Below are positions 29,071-42,945 of a DNA stretch of 47,991 nt, piece by piece. The notes under the pieces were generated by a model. That model ran no database searches and was not told the DNA's origin. It worked only from the letters and a program-made list of their open reading frames with translations. Position 1 is the stretch's first letter, and every line of letters begins with the position of its first letter. The position numbers and the translations under genes are program-made. This stretch comes from Paraglomus brasilianum (Eukaryota): assembly GCA_910592345.1 (NCBI GenBank), contig CAJVPI010000155.1, positions 1 through 47,991 of the forward strand, in the 5' to 3' direction.

Positions 29071-31051
29071 CTATTGAAAAGTTTAGTTTGCCGATTGTTA
29101 GACCCTATTCAGTAAAAATAATGAGTGGTAGTGGACTTATGAATTAAAAATTACTTTTAATTATCAATCCATAGTTGCTATTACTGTGAATTTTGAAAAT
29201 AGCAAAAAAGCGGAACCGTTAGAATATTCAGGACTACGAAAGTTTTCAAGCGAGAAACTACTTATCAAGAAAAGAATTATCGTTTTTCAAAAATGGAACT
29301 AACAATCACCTCTGAATTAGGCTAATTATGACAATCATCGCTTTTATCTCCCAAAAGGAAATTTCACCTTATCAGGCTTCCTTACCTCTTGACAGTCCCT
29401 TAATCCGAAAGATTATTGGAATGTCCTGTTCTATATTATTGATGTTTTCTGTCGTTGATGTTTATGAATCTCTTGAATTTGATTTGTTAAATTTGAGAGT
29501 CCGATTCTTTAATGTCCCTTGATACCCGCATCTCAACATCAAAAACGCGTAATCATACGCCAACACGTCATCCATAGAATATTATTATCTATGTTACACA
29601 CATGAAATGTATAAACGACATGTTAATATGTATAACATCGATCGACCATTTTAGGCTTTAAAACGATAACATACATTACTTCTTTTCGAAAATACAATCA
29701 ATTGGCTTCAAAATTTATTGTTCGAAAAACGGACCTTGCAAAGGTTTACCAATACTTTTGTGCAATCTTGTGAAAGTGCACAAGCGATCAGTAATTTACA
29801 ACTTATATCTAATAGAAGAATTCTATTTAGAAACCTCAATCCGTTGTTGAGACGTATTATACATGATCCTCATAAATAATTGGATGGATTGTTGGTCGGT
29901 AAACCACTTAATTATTGTCACGTAATTCCCATGTTAGTTGGTCATATGCTCTAGTCTCGTGCGATATTAATCAGAATACGTGTATTTCCGGCAACAGTAC
30001 ATAATAATAATGCAATCGACATTGGGAAGATCCTATTCGCCGATCTCAATACTTCTTGGTATGAGATTTTCTGTGAGATTTCCTAATGAGGCGCTCATTC
30101 TCACATTACAATGGGAAAGCCTGTAAAGAAACATTGAAAAGATTGTATTGACAGTCTTGGGAATCGTGTTTGCAACAGATACTTGAATATCAAAATGGTT
30201 TCATGCCTAGTCAAGGGTAAAATAATGATCGCGGAATCTCTGAATCGAGCGACAAGAAAGGCAGGTATGTTATATGCACAAGCAGTTAAAGAGTAAACAG
30301 AAATGCATTGCATTTAAATTCAGCACCAACCATTAAAATAATAATACTGTGGCATCCTGAAACGTGAACCCCTGAATTTCAATCATAGATAGATAAAAAA
30401 GAAAAAGAAATAGTAATGCTTTTACGTGTAATAAGGAATTATCTTGCACAACAAAATGTCGAGTAAATGTTAATAGAGGAAAACCCTTTGGTATCTTGGA
30501 CAATTCAGCATTAAATATTGTATATAAAAGTAATGTCTTGTTCGCTGTAACCCGTTCTACGATACCTTTCATTTCGGCAAATAAGCAGCTGCAACTCGGA
30601 GGACTTGATCCCACGCCTTGTAACACCAAATGCCTGATAATGACTCACAGGTAATATGAAAATAGGATTGGTGAACGTGCCTTGAAGCTAATCTTTGTTG
30701 ACACAAACAAAGAACACGGATTAATATAGAAAGATCCAATATACAGCATAGTACTCTTTTCCGACTCCCGGGTTTTTGATTCTGCTCAGGCCGACCCTTA
30801 ATTAATTAAGGCAGTGAGACAGGTATGCAGATCACGAGATAGTTCCTTGATAAGACTATTGTATTTGATTGGTCTTCTAACGCTTCTCTCTAGATCTACG
30901 TGATGATTTCCTGATGTTGCTAATCTATGTATTTTGAATATAAGCGAGGCGGGATGGAGGAGCAGTCTAGTAGTATAGTATTGGATACGATTGCAATCAT
31001 TAGTAATTAGAACATAAGAAATACAAGTTAGTAACAGAATACATACGGAAC

Positions 31052-33280
31052 ATGGCGAAAGATTGGAGAAATTATGGGGCAGTTCCTATAGGTATTGACT
31101 TGTTACCTAGCTCGAATATACGCCCTCACATTTACCATCGTGGAAACCCATCAAATTATCATTTCCAGACAAATAATTAATAAAACATTAAACGTCAAAC
31201 CAGAGACACAAGCACAAATAGAAGATGGCCGGCCGTTGACCCAGCATGAAGAAAAGGGATCGAATGTGATAGCTTATATGCATATTGTGTAAGTTTTGAT
31301 AATAGTTGAATAGGCCGAATGAATGCGTGATAAATCCGTGATGCTGGTTTAAAAGCTATTGAAATTGTTGTAAAGAATAGAACATCTTACAAGTTGTTTC
31401 CTACGACGCGTCTTTAATAGCTTTTTTTGTGTTTGACAAAAAATATTTTCATCTTACAGATGTGTTGTAGCTGGATCAGGAACGTTAGGAATGTCGTATG
31501 CTATTTCTCAAGGCGGATGGGTCTCTGTGAGTTTGTTGATATTGGCGGGAATAATGTCTACTTACTCAAACAACAAGTTGATAGAGAGTTTATATTATAA
31601 CAGGTAAATAACATATAACTGGGTTAGTCAAGTTTTGGTGTGTGGTTATAAAGACGAGCAACCAGAAATATCACAAAGGGAGTTACTTGCACCAATCCTC
31701 AAATCTCACCTTTTTGTTATAATTCGCTTGGACCCTTTTGCAAGTCAATCTCGTCGAAGTTCCCTGAGCAATATTGCTCAAGATGCATTCGGTAAAGCCG
31801 GCACTTGTTTCGTCAGCTTCCTCTATGTCGTCATCCAAACCGGATGTCCGATTCTATACCTCATTCTATCCGGTGATAACCTCAAAACTCTGTTGTCAAA
31901 GATTGGAATAGACTTGAGTGTTAATCTGTTGATTTTGATTTGTGGAGTTACGATGTGTGTGCCGTTTGTGTTTACCAAGAACCTGAAGGAAGGGGCTTGG
32001 TTGAGGTCAGTGATCGATGGTGGAAGAGAAGGCGCGTTGTTAAAATGGAAAGGTTGGGGGTTATTAAAAGTCGTGAGAGATAAGCGAATGGGCGTTTAGA
32101 TGAAGAGAGAAGGCAGTGTTTTTGCCATAATAGTGATTTTGAACAAGGAATGTTGGAACAGTACTTTGTTGATTGATTGAGTAGGCGATACGCTATCCAT
32201 CAATCAACAATCGTATTTTGACTCAGGAATGTTGGAATAGTACTTTGTTGATTGATTGAGTAGGCGATACGCTGTCCATCAATCACAATCGTATTTTGAC
32301 TCACTACTCACAATTCTTCGTTACAACCCCCCCCCCAACTTCTTACTCCAATATCTCACTTTTCCCCCCCCCCCCTCTTTTGCTTTTTTCCAGTTTCTTT
32401 GGCACTCTCTCAACAGCGTTTGTAGTCTTTGTCGTATGCATAGTATCATTGATAGACTACCCTAATAACCGTTCCAACGGACATGACCTCGTCAACATAC
32501 GTAATATCCCTCTTGCCATGGCCACGTTTAATTTTGGGTACGGTGGTAATGTGGTATATCCACACATCGAAGCAGGGTATGTTGGGTGGTGGGAGATGGG
32601 AGGGGGAATGGATCTTTTTCGTTTTTATAGTATATCATCGTTCTTTTGTAATAGTCTTGCATTCTTTCTAAACACTTGCTCAACTTTCTTCACTTTCTTT
32701 TACTAGCATGCGCACACCAGCTTCTTGGCCGAGAGTAAATGCTCTTGCCATGATGACCGTGACTGCGTTCTACCTCCTAATAGGCATACCAGGTTACCTC
32801 ACCTATGGGCACTTTACCGTCTCTCCCATCTACAATAACCTTCCGGCAGGCTTTTCAGTAACACTCTCAATTGCCATGATCACAATCCATGTACTGCTTG
32901 CGCTACCTATTTACTTGACATCCTTTGCTTTGGACATTGAGAAATTTTTGAAAATTGACAAATCGATAATTGGAGCCAGGAACGAGTTTGTGTATAGAGT
33001 GTTCTTAAGAGTGCTCTTGATGAGCTTTATAATCTGGGTTGCAGTGTCGGTGCCGTTTTTTGCTGATTGGATGTCGTTTTTGGGAGCGATGGCTAACGGG
33101 ATGTTGATTATAGTCATTCCAGTGTTGATATGGGTGAAGCTTGTAGGGTGGAAACAAGTGAAAGCTGGGGAAAGAATGTGGATTGTAGCAAGTATGGGAA
33201 TTAGTATTGTTGGTGCTTGTGTTGGCACATGGGATGCTGTTGGAGTGTTGTGGAGAGATATTGCGAACGGGTCAAACTAG
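31052..33280 (+). CDS. AAAP-family (Aa_trans, AVT1-like) amino acid transporter, about 6 exons
   Basis: GSNVIAYMHIV/CVVAGSGTLGM...GGW, YLILSGDNL, FGYGGNVVYPHIEA, GYLTYG, AVSVPFFADWMSFLGA; many hydrophobic segments. Start codon inferred at 31052, TAG at 33278-33280. Confidence 0.9.
32146..32303. repeat. Intronic tandem duplication of a ~79-bp hairpin-forming unit (2 copies)
   Basis: Units start AGGAATGTTGGAA at 32146 and 32225 and differ by two substitutions and one deletion. Each has TTGTTGATTGAT...ATCAATCA(A)CAA inverted arms. Confidence 0.9.
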
Positions 33281-35332
33281 GCGTGAGAATGTATTTGTTG
33301 ATGTAGATAATAGAGAATAAAGGATACAGGTTGATATCGTAACGAGTATGTTTGCAATGTGTTCAAGAGAATTTTGTTTGCTTTGCCTCAATATCCAAAT
33401 ATTAGTATACCACTGCACTGCTATTACTACCACACTACTACACAATTCCCACTGCACGCTGACGTATTGTGCCTATTTCTGACTCGTTATTTTTCTAGTC
33501 CCCTGCTTGCTATTGCGCACAACCGCCAGATTGATGCGATTGCCTTGTCTGATAGTGCAAGATAATCATAAACAAAGTTAAATCGAATTAAAGTACAGAT
33601 AATTAAATTACGGGGAATAAATAAATTTGTGATGTATTCGTATGTTATTGCATGTATGCTATGTCACGGTATAGTACGGTATAGTATGGTATGTCATGGT
33701 ATATTATGTTGTGCTAGCCATTGATTGTATTTGCTATGCATAATCGTATAAATCGCGTACATACCTGTGACTATTACGGTTTTTCTTCTTTTGTGTCAAT
33801 GTATTATAAATTTTAATAAAATAAAGTTATCGGATATTGTATCATTTGTAATACGCACTATTAAAAAAGTCCGATGAATCAACGTAGTTTATACGGACCG
33901 GCCGGGGGATTTAGGATCATGATGATATTAATATGACCGATTCTGACTCGAACAACAACGGCAGTAATGACCATAACTAAATATGTCTATATTTCATTCA
34001 TAAATTCCCATGCGTGACAATAAAGGCTTTGTTGATTGAATAGATACTAACCAATAGTAAGAAATGTCTGATCATCTTGATTATCTGGCATACTGCATAG
34101 CTTTGTTCCCGTCGCGTACAGAACAATCGGTAAGTGGAGGAAGAAATCAACAAATACAAAAACATACATCTATAAATACCATATCCGGAAAAAGCAATTG
34201 CCCAGAAGCCAAATCAATCGCACGCCGTAAGCTGTGCCATTTATTATTCAGCATGCTTGTTGTATATAGATAACTCGGTTTCTGTATTAATAAATTCGGT
34301 ATTGAACACTCTCTCAAGCTGATGTTTATTACGTACTCTTCTCTCTCTCTTTTTTTTCTTCACAAGTGGAACAAAATTTTCCCATTAACATGGGGCCTTT
34401 TTTGGCATTATCCCTGTGTAAGGCAGTCTTCCCCTTTTTTTTTCTTGGACATGTTGAGAAAAAAAAAAAAAAAAGAAAAAAGGGTCAGACAGACAAATGT
34501 AAACCCCTTATGTTTTACACGCTAGTATAATCCATCGGCGTTTACTTTGTTCAAACTTGTAAAAATAAAACAATAGTAATAATAATAGAGTTCAGCCAAC
34601 AATAATTTATTAGACCCGGCATAAAGTTTATGCAAGCCAATGTATCTTTCCTTTAGTCACAATAAGTGTGAAAGTAACACGACATTGTCGACACCTTTAT
34701 TGTGAAAAGAAAGGAAAAAGAAAGAGAAGCAAAGCCCAAACCCCCCTTATTTTCCCTAATTGTATTGCTGGCATGACGCCTACATTTAGTTTTTCCGTCA
34801 CATGTTTATTACTATGGGAACATCTGATTACTATCCGGAATTTACGCGCCAAACGAATCATAGGCAGTTGGCTCATGACATTTCCCGTCAGGCTTTTCCA
34901 TTGGTCGTGATACCACAGAACATGTTGGACGTGACATTATGGACCATAAAAGTCCAAATTTCGGGGCTCTTTGTAATTTTACTTGTATTGAATCAAAAAG
35001 TATAGTAATAGTGGGAGAGATACTATATTTCCTTACAAGTAGTTTTTAATTGCTTACAAAGAATCTCATAAATTTGACTGACTGGTTGATGCCAAGTTTA
35101 CGTAAGCTTTGATGGGAAATTTTAAATACAATATATTTTAGTGGTCAGTTGAAGAGAGAGAGATGAAGTAACGATAATCAAACCAGCATTTGGCTTGTCC
35201 AGAACGAAAATGAAAAAGTATTTCATGAATGTAAAGAGTGTTTGCATTGAAATAGGGTTATAAACGGTGGAATGGGTTATGTATCGAACAAGTTGTTCCA
35301 CTTTACTTGTCAACGTGTGCATGTATGAATAG

Positions 35333-35381
35333 GTTAACCGAGTGCACGTATAGATAGGTTGACTTAATGCACTCGGTTAAC
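35333..35381. repeat. Perfect 14-bp inverted repeat with 21-nt spacer
   Basis: GTTAACCGAGTGCA (35333-35346) and TGCACTCGGTTAAC (35368-35381). Confidence 0.9.
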
Positions 35382-38300
35382 TACCCGTATATTGTCTATT
35401 TTCATAAAGATATTCCTTGCTTTCCTTGCTGATACCGACTACCTGTTCGACTATACGTGTCACGTGAGATATGACATCATTTTACGTCCTCATTCCTCTT
35501 AATATTTATTTTTCTTATTTGACAGAACATGAACTTAAACATAAATGGTATTATTTCGTCGTACGGGCAAGTCCCGATCGTATCGTCTTGATGGTACCTG
35601 ACTTGACGTACAGAGTACAATAAGAATTGATTACATGTATTGTATATATATTCATATACATTACAACATGTAGAACAATCCATTTATATTCGTATTAATA
35701 TATCCTGTGTGTTTGCTTGTTTGATTTTTCGCTGATTTTGTTGAATAGATTAAAATCTAATACTTGGTAATCAACAATAACAAGACCTCTTTGATAATAT
35801 TCCCTTTTTTACCTCATTGTCGACTGTTGCCTTCTATAAAATCCCTCTTTAAAATTACGAATTGTTTGTTTACTATTATGTAATTTTATTTACTAACCAT
35901 AAACATGCTATACAAAAGTATCTTCGCCATGTGTCGGTGACATTGATCTAAAATGATATCGAATCTGAGGACCTCACAAACTCTAACTTTAGAAAAATTC
36001 CGCGTGGTGGATCTTATTTGTGTTACAAGATGCTGTCCGCGAGATGTGATATGAATGAGAAGATTGATTGACGTGTTTGTTATTGATTGTTAACGATTTC
36101 ATTGTAGTATAGATGTATATTGGTGATATGTTCAATTGTCCATCAAGGTTTTACTTGGTATCGCGTATTTAATTTTGATCTCGCAGCTTTCCGATTTGTT
36201 TGTTTGTTTTTTTTGGGGGGAAACAAAGCGATGCATTTAATTACATTAAATGCGGAGAATTTCTAATGCCAAATGGGTTGGAAAACTGTTTTTGAACAGG
36301 TATGGGCGTAGGAAAGTGACGTTTGAGCGATGTGAACAACAAAAAGTAGGATGAAATAAAGAAACAATCGATTAATCATGTTACAATTGTGCGTTCTAAT
36401 TCCTCCCCGCAATAATTACTATCAATCATGCCGACTCGTTTATTTCATCCCATTGATCTCTCATCGCTAGTCAGTAAATCCGACTATTGTTTAGCGATAA
36501 TCAATAATGGGGGGAATCTTCCATACAGATATCAATCAGATTACACAATGGAATGTAAAGTATTTATATGGAATACAGTCTGGTTTTGCAGGAAACAATG
36601 AGGTCATGTAACGAATCGGAGAGAAATACCATAATAACGTTCGAATGATCGATTGAGTAATAAATAGATATTCTACAAACAGTTAATATTAAAGATTTTA
36701 TTGTGTATTCGGTATTTATACTGTCCAATACATGCATGTATTTGACAATGGATTGATAAGGCAATATTGTTTGTTTAATTAATTAGTTGTGTCTTTGCGG
36801 AGTAAAATGTGAAATATCACAAATTATCATATAACATAGAAACAAACGCAACAGGCATAATAAACGTGTTCTACCACATCACATATGAACAAATCAAATG
36901 CATTCGGGTGTTATTGTTTACAAATTACACTAATATCACCTATCACTTGTCTATAGATTGTTACAATCACGAAAAATAGATAATCTCCACAGAATGTAAA
37001 ACAAAACAATGCAAATGATTGTAAACAGTCCTGCAATCTTACTCCACTTTCCACAAAAGGCAAACACAATCCGCTCGCCTCAACGTCAATTATGTCATAC
37101 TCTGCGTCATCGGAAACATTCAAAAATTTTCCCGAGGAGAAAAAAAAAAGCCCTTGTGAGATGGTCCGCCCTCCATCTAACCATTTCGAAATTATCGAAT
37201 GACCTAAATCAGCCAAGCCTAGATTCTTTTTTTTTTTTATATCCATTCCCAAATATTCACACATACAGGCTATTTGATGCATGTCCCTTTTTCCATTTTC
37301 GAGTCGAAAGACGGAATTTGGAGCCAATCAACAGTTTCCAAGTGGGGGTTTGCTTGCCTGCTTGTTCTGTGCTTGTGAAAAAAAAACGTACAACTGTTAT
37401 AGTATGCAGTCCATCGCAGTCGTCGCAGTATCTTCGCGTGAAAAATGGTATTTATTTGAATGGATGAGAAGCCAACAAATGTGGGGTTGATAGTAATACG
37501 TTGAGATATGTTGCAACATATGCTCTGTATGCATCCATTGTACATATTGTACGCAAACCTCGTTCCTAATACATTCATCTACACATGCATTCACACTCTT
37601 CAGCCCGCTACCACTTTTCTTACCTCATACCACCGTAACCTAACCGCTAGGCACTGACTAATATTACTTCGCATCCGGTCCCCCCCCATTTGAATTTACC
37701 CTGCTCAAATATCTCTCACAACGAATATGCGGTTAGGGTTATGGTTAAGGGATGGGGGTCGAGGGGTAGGAGCAGGGGCAGAGCGGGGCGGAGCGATATA
37801 ATAACGTTTATTTACATCGTCACCCTAAATGTTTCTAAATGTATCTGTATGCAAGTCAGCCAAGGAAAGCTCTTGTTTTCGATTGTTGACTAATCGACTT
37901 TGGGCATAAATGGTCTGTCGAGCCTCCCCGCCACTCTGACATTCTGATGGATGATTGGCCAAGTAATGACTGATACAGTATAGAGAAATGAAAAAATGAA
38001 ACGTAAAATAATTTACAAGCAAAGCTCTTTGTAATTATCGTCGTAATTAATTTTCCTCTTTCTTTGCTATGAACCACCGACATGCAACTGTCGTTACTAG
38101 ATAATAACTTGTACCCACACAGTTATGTACATGGGAAAATGCAGGCACAAACACTGATGTTCAGGAGAGAGAACTGCTGAAGTACACTATGTTTTCACCA
38201 TATGCCAAGGGAGCATCTCTGTGGTGTGTTGGGTGTGCGTGTACGGGAACTTGAATAAAGCAACTTTCGGAATGATCAACTGTTAGAAATCTAATTATTA

Positions 38301-41300
38301 TTGGAGTTGCGATACGATCTATACAGCGACATACACAACAGACCCTTTTTCTCCTGTCCACAAAACAACATACGAGGGATACAGTACCAATTCCGACCTA
38401 TCAAAACCAAACTGTACAAATGCGCTCGTTATCAGATATTAATAACTAATAAACATTGATGTAACTTTACCACCAATGAACGTCGAGTGTACGGGTGTGC
38501 ATTGTTGCCGCCATACTATTAAGTTTGGATATATGCGCACAACCACCATTCTGGCTTTCATCATTCAACTCTGGTCTCTGCTTTCCCCTCCCTCCCCTCC
38601 CCCCTCCCCCCTCCCCCAGTCTATTACCATGATCTCTGAATGTTGCACTGCAGACTGAATGAGCGAAAATACTTTTTCCTTGCCTCTCATACCCACATGA
38701 AAATTTGCCTGTTGGGCGTATTGATCTTTATCCGTAGCAGAAACGTGCTAGTAAAAATATATCATTAATCTATGCTTATGTGTGTTATATTAACGAATGC
38801 TGTATTTGTTGTTGTAGTATAAGTGTTACATCTTGACGCATTATCGACTATATACTGCTCGTTATTATCATATGTCACTATCTATGTCATTCGGTGTTCC
38901 CAATCCTTGATGCATCAATGGTCAACAGCATTTCTCGGTCGAATAGATTTCGTTTATTTTATCACACATACACACAACACACCAACAAATTGTAGCTAGT
39001 ATGGTAATTGATAAAGATGGCAACAATAACCTTTTCTCTCTCACATGAAGTTGTAGAGACTCGATTAGTATGAGAGAACATGTAAATGTAATCATGTAAT
39101 AGCATGTATACGACATTCTGTGCTAAAATGTCGCAATGCGATAGTGGCTTTCGTGGGTGCTGGCCGAAATGCAATTGGTTTGAAGAGAGGTCTTTTTCAC
39201 CGTATTGCCAATCATTTGTCCAATCTTATCAATAAAAAACTCTTTTTCCGGGGGGGCTTAGTACACTGCCTTTTCCTTTTACAATGTGGCACGGCGATTG
39301 ACCTAAATGGCGAAAATAAGAGCAAAATATGGATGGTGTTTGTTTGCTACCTACCGATTTGGGAACGCAATATATAGATTGTAATTATAATATAAACAAT
39401 GACCTAGATAGATATCATTCAGTAGCAAATGATATAATGGGGAAGACTGATAGGAATAGAAATCAACAATGACAATAGGACATTTAATTATTGATAACGG
39501 TTATATTGTACAATGACTTTTATATGGTGATCACTTTTTTTTTTTGCTTCGCCATATTTTTTTTCTGCAATCACATGAGTATAAGCGAGCTAGGCGGTAA
39601 ATATTACATACTACATACATCTTCGTATCTGGTAACGTATGTTAATAAACGCCCACGATTGCACAACTATTATTAACATGATTTATTATTATTTTGCATT
39701 ACTATTAGCTCATATCCAATGTCCCGTTTTATTACGATTATCAGCTTTTTTTGGTTACATATATGTTTGATTTTTACCTATCTGCATTTCCATTCCGATA
39801 TACTTGGACACTACACTTACTATTTTCGTATAAACGTCTTTCACAAACATTCGTCCCAATTGGCCTATCGAAAAACCATCTAATCTTATCTTTTGTTCCA
39901 CCGCAGTCTCATCGAATTATCAAATTATTTGTATTTGCATGTATATACAGTATATTATATTATATTATATTATATTACATCATTTATACAGTATATACAT
40001 ATGTGTATCTGTGGGGACTAGTCTCCTCTTTTACATGTTCATCCCCACACACTACAATTGTACCTCATATAGAAACCGTATTTATTGTCATTACCATAGT
40101 GAAGCAACAATATTATAAAACAATAGCAATTAAAAGTATTCATATTTCGTATTCCAATTCCACTCTCTCTTTTTTTTTTGCCCAGTACAAATAAAGCAAT
40201 TGTCTCTCATACACAGTGCGCACACACACACACAAGCATTTGCTAATATCTTGTACGGCAAACTCAACCCCGCAAAAAGTTTCCTTTTCTTTGATTTTTC
40301 GACAAGTTTTCAATGTTGAAAGATCGACCAAATAAACCATTCGGCGCTACATGACATAATACGTGCTGCAAATACCAACCAAATGAAATAACTTTAACTC
40401 GTGTCTTATTGAAATGATTATCAAAAATGGACCAGTAAACACATTAACTAATATACTTTGATAATATACTGATCTTTATACATGAATATGCATATTTATT
40501 ATTATAAAATCTGTCCTGTGTGTGTTTAATGTGTGTGTATATATTAATATATCATGTATATTACATAAGTACTCTAATATACAGACAATATACATACAAT
40601 ATACATACAACTGTACATACAACTGTACATGTAATTCCCCGCAGGGTAGCAGATGAATAAGTGCGACTATCCATTGTGAGTCAATGGGTTCGTGGGAGCA
40701 AAAACGCAGTCATACATCGACAACTTATTGTGAACCATGAAAAGTAAATACCGCTTCCTCTTTCTCATAATAGCAATTGGTGGGGTGGGGTTAATTATGA
40801 CAACAGGCAAGGATTCGATCGCGCGATATATTCAATTACAAAATTATGACACAAGGGGTGTATTATCTATCTATCAGCTACTCTATGGCAAACGAAAGGG
40901 CGCGTATTGACCGGCTGAATATTTTCAAGCTGGGCGAGTGATCTGGCTTTTCATCGACTTACTAAGCCATTGATTCATAGATCAACCGAGAAAGCACCGG
41001 GATATCGTGAGAACGGTAGAATTCAAATAGCCGAGTAAAAAAGTTTGGGAAACGAATCACTTACTGCCTTGGACAATATAAGCTGCAGTAAGAGTTATAT
41101 AGATTTTTCTGCTGCTTCTTTGCGCCAATTCTTTAAATATTTATATCTATATATAGGACATTATATTTGAATAGTATAACAATTTATAATAATTATAATA
41201 ATCATTGATATGTACCTATTTTAATTGATATCTGCATACATTGCATACAATCGTTTGTATTGTATCTGATATTGATTGCTCTTATCTTATCTATTATTTA

Positions 41301-41831
41301 TTGTTTGTGTTGTTTTTATACACATTTAATTGTGTAACATCACATCATCAACTTGCATTGATAATACATTATCGTACCAAACACACATATATTCATTATA
41401 TATATACATCGCATGGAGAGGAAAAAATATACTATCCGACTTTTTTTCTATTCTATTTTATTTACAGCCTCCATTTCCCCCCTCTTCTCGAGAACCAAAT
41501 AAATTACACCAACTATAATTATGGTAAGGTCGCTTTTGTTGAAATTTTTTTGCGATCAAATAAAATATAACTCACTCCTCGTCTTCTTTCCTCTCTCTGC
41601 GGCCTCTTCCTCTAAACTGTCGTACCGTTGTTTTGGATACATTCTACTCCACTTTACCAAAATATAAAGCCATCACGAACAACACATTCACTCAGAGATA
41701 AATACCTCTGTCCGCTCTTGAGAACAGTATCCAATTCCTCTTCTTCCATTACCACCGACTCTTACCCCCATAATCTTTCGTACGACCCTTTCTAAAACTA
41801 CACATTGAAGGCCGCCCTTAACGAGTACACG

Positions 41832-42914
41832 ATGAATACCACCACTCATTTACTACAACAACTGGAGCGAGTGCAACTCGATCAAGGTAAATCTCATTAC
41901 GCGTTCTAGATTCACTCTACTTTCAACCTCTTCCTCCACCCACATCCCCTACCCACATCCACTACCCACATTTCCTACCCACATTCCTTACCCATATTCC
42001 CTACCCATATTCCCTAACCCTAACCCTACCCATATACCCTTTACATCTCCTTCACTAATCATTACCATTCATGATGGAATTAATTTGGTTATGCTTTATC
42101 CATTGTGCTTTACGATTATTTCTCGATTTGTTGGTTATTTTTGGTTTGACGTTAGAGTTACAACCACTTTTGGAAACTTTGGAGCACCAAAGTGTCAACT
42201 ATGCATAAAATATAAATATATAAATATATACACGTATTCACGAATAATAATAATTTTTTTTTAAATCAAACCCCTTCATTAACATGTAGACTTTGAAGTT
42301 CCCCAAATTCCGTTTAATGAGGAATTCCCAAAAATCGATGACCCATATCTACGCCATAAGATAGACGATGTGACGCGACGGTGTTCACCTACGTGCCATA
42401 ACAGAATCCACTTTGGCATACAACCGGGCATGGATTTCAAATCTTGTGTAAGTATTTTTGGAAACGGGTAAATCATAAATAAATAAAAAAACCTTAATAA
42501 TAGATATACTTTGAAAGAGTTGTATTTAGTCTCGTCGACTTAATTACCTTTCTTGTCCTCTCTCTATTAGAGAGTAGCATATCCATAGTAACGACTACGG
42601 ACGTGATCACAAGAAATTTGTTCCTCCCCCTCACTCCCTCCTTCAGTCGATTATTTCTCACAACCATGTCGGTTTTCTTTCCCTTCCTCCCCATCCTTGT
42701 CCTAATGCAGGTGCCACTCCGGACCGATGAAACTCTGGAGCTGTTTATAGTAGAGAGCATAATTATGCAATGGTTGCGTGAAAAACATTGGCAACTATCT
42801 ATAAGCGACACAGTTCCGATCTTACAAGAACCACCACAGTCGTCCGCCGAATCGCTTATGGACAAACTCAGACAAGGTTAGTGAGATCGAGGGATCAAAA
42901 ATAAGAAGCGTTGG

Positions 42915-42945
<31 letters not shown>

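Noticed and set aside
30585..30695. tRNA-Leu-like 3' half on the minus strand (GGCGTGGGATCAAGTCCTCCGAGTTGCA)
   Set aside because: T-arm is imperfect and I could not build an acceptor stem or D-arm; at most a decayed tRNA or SINE. Needs tRNAscan-SE.
33359..41570. Numerous 60-150 aa ORFs in the long intergenic region
   Set aside because: Low-complexity F/I/Y/L-rich translations of AT-rich DNA and homopolymers; no consistent exon chain found.
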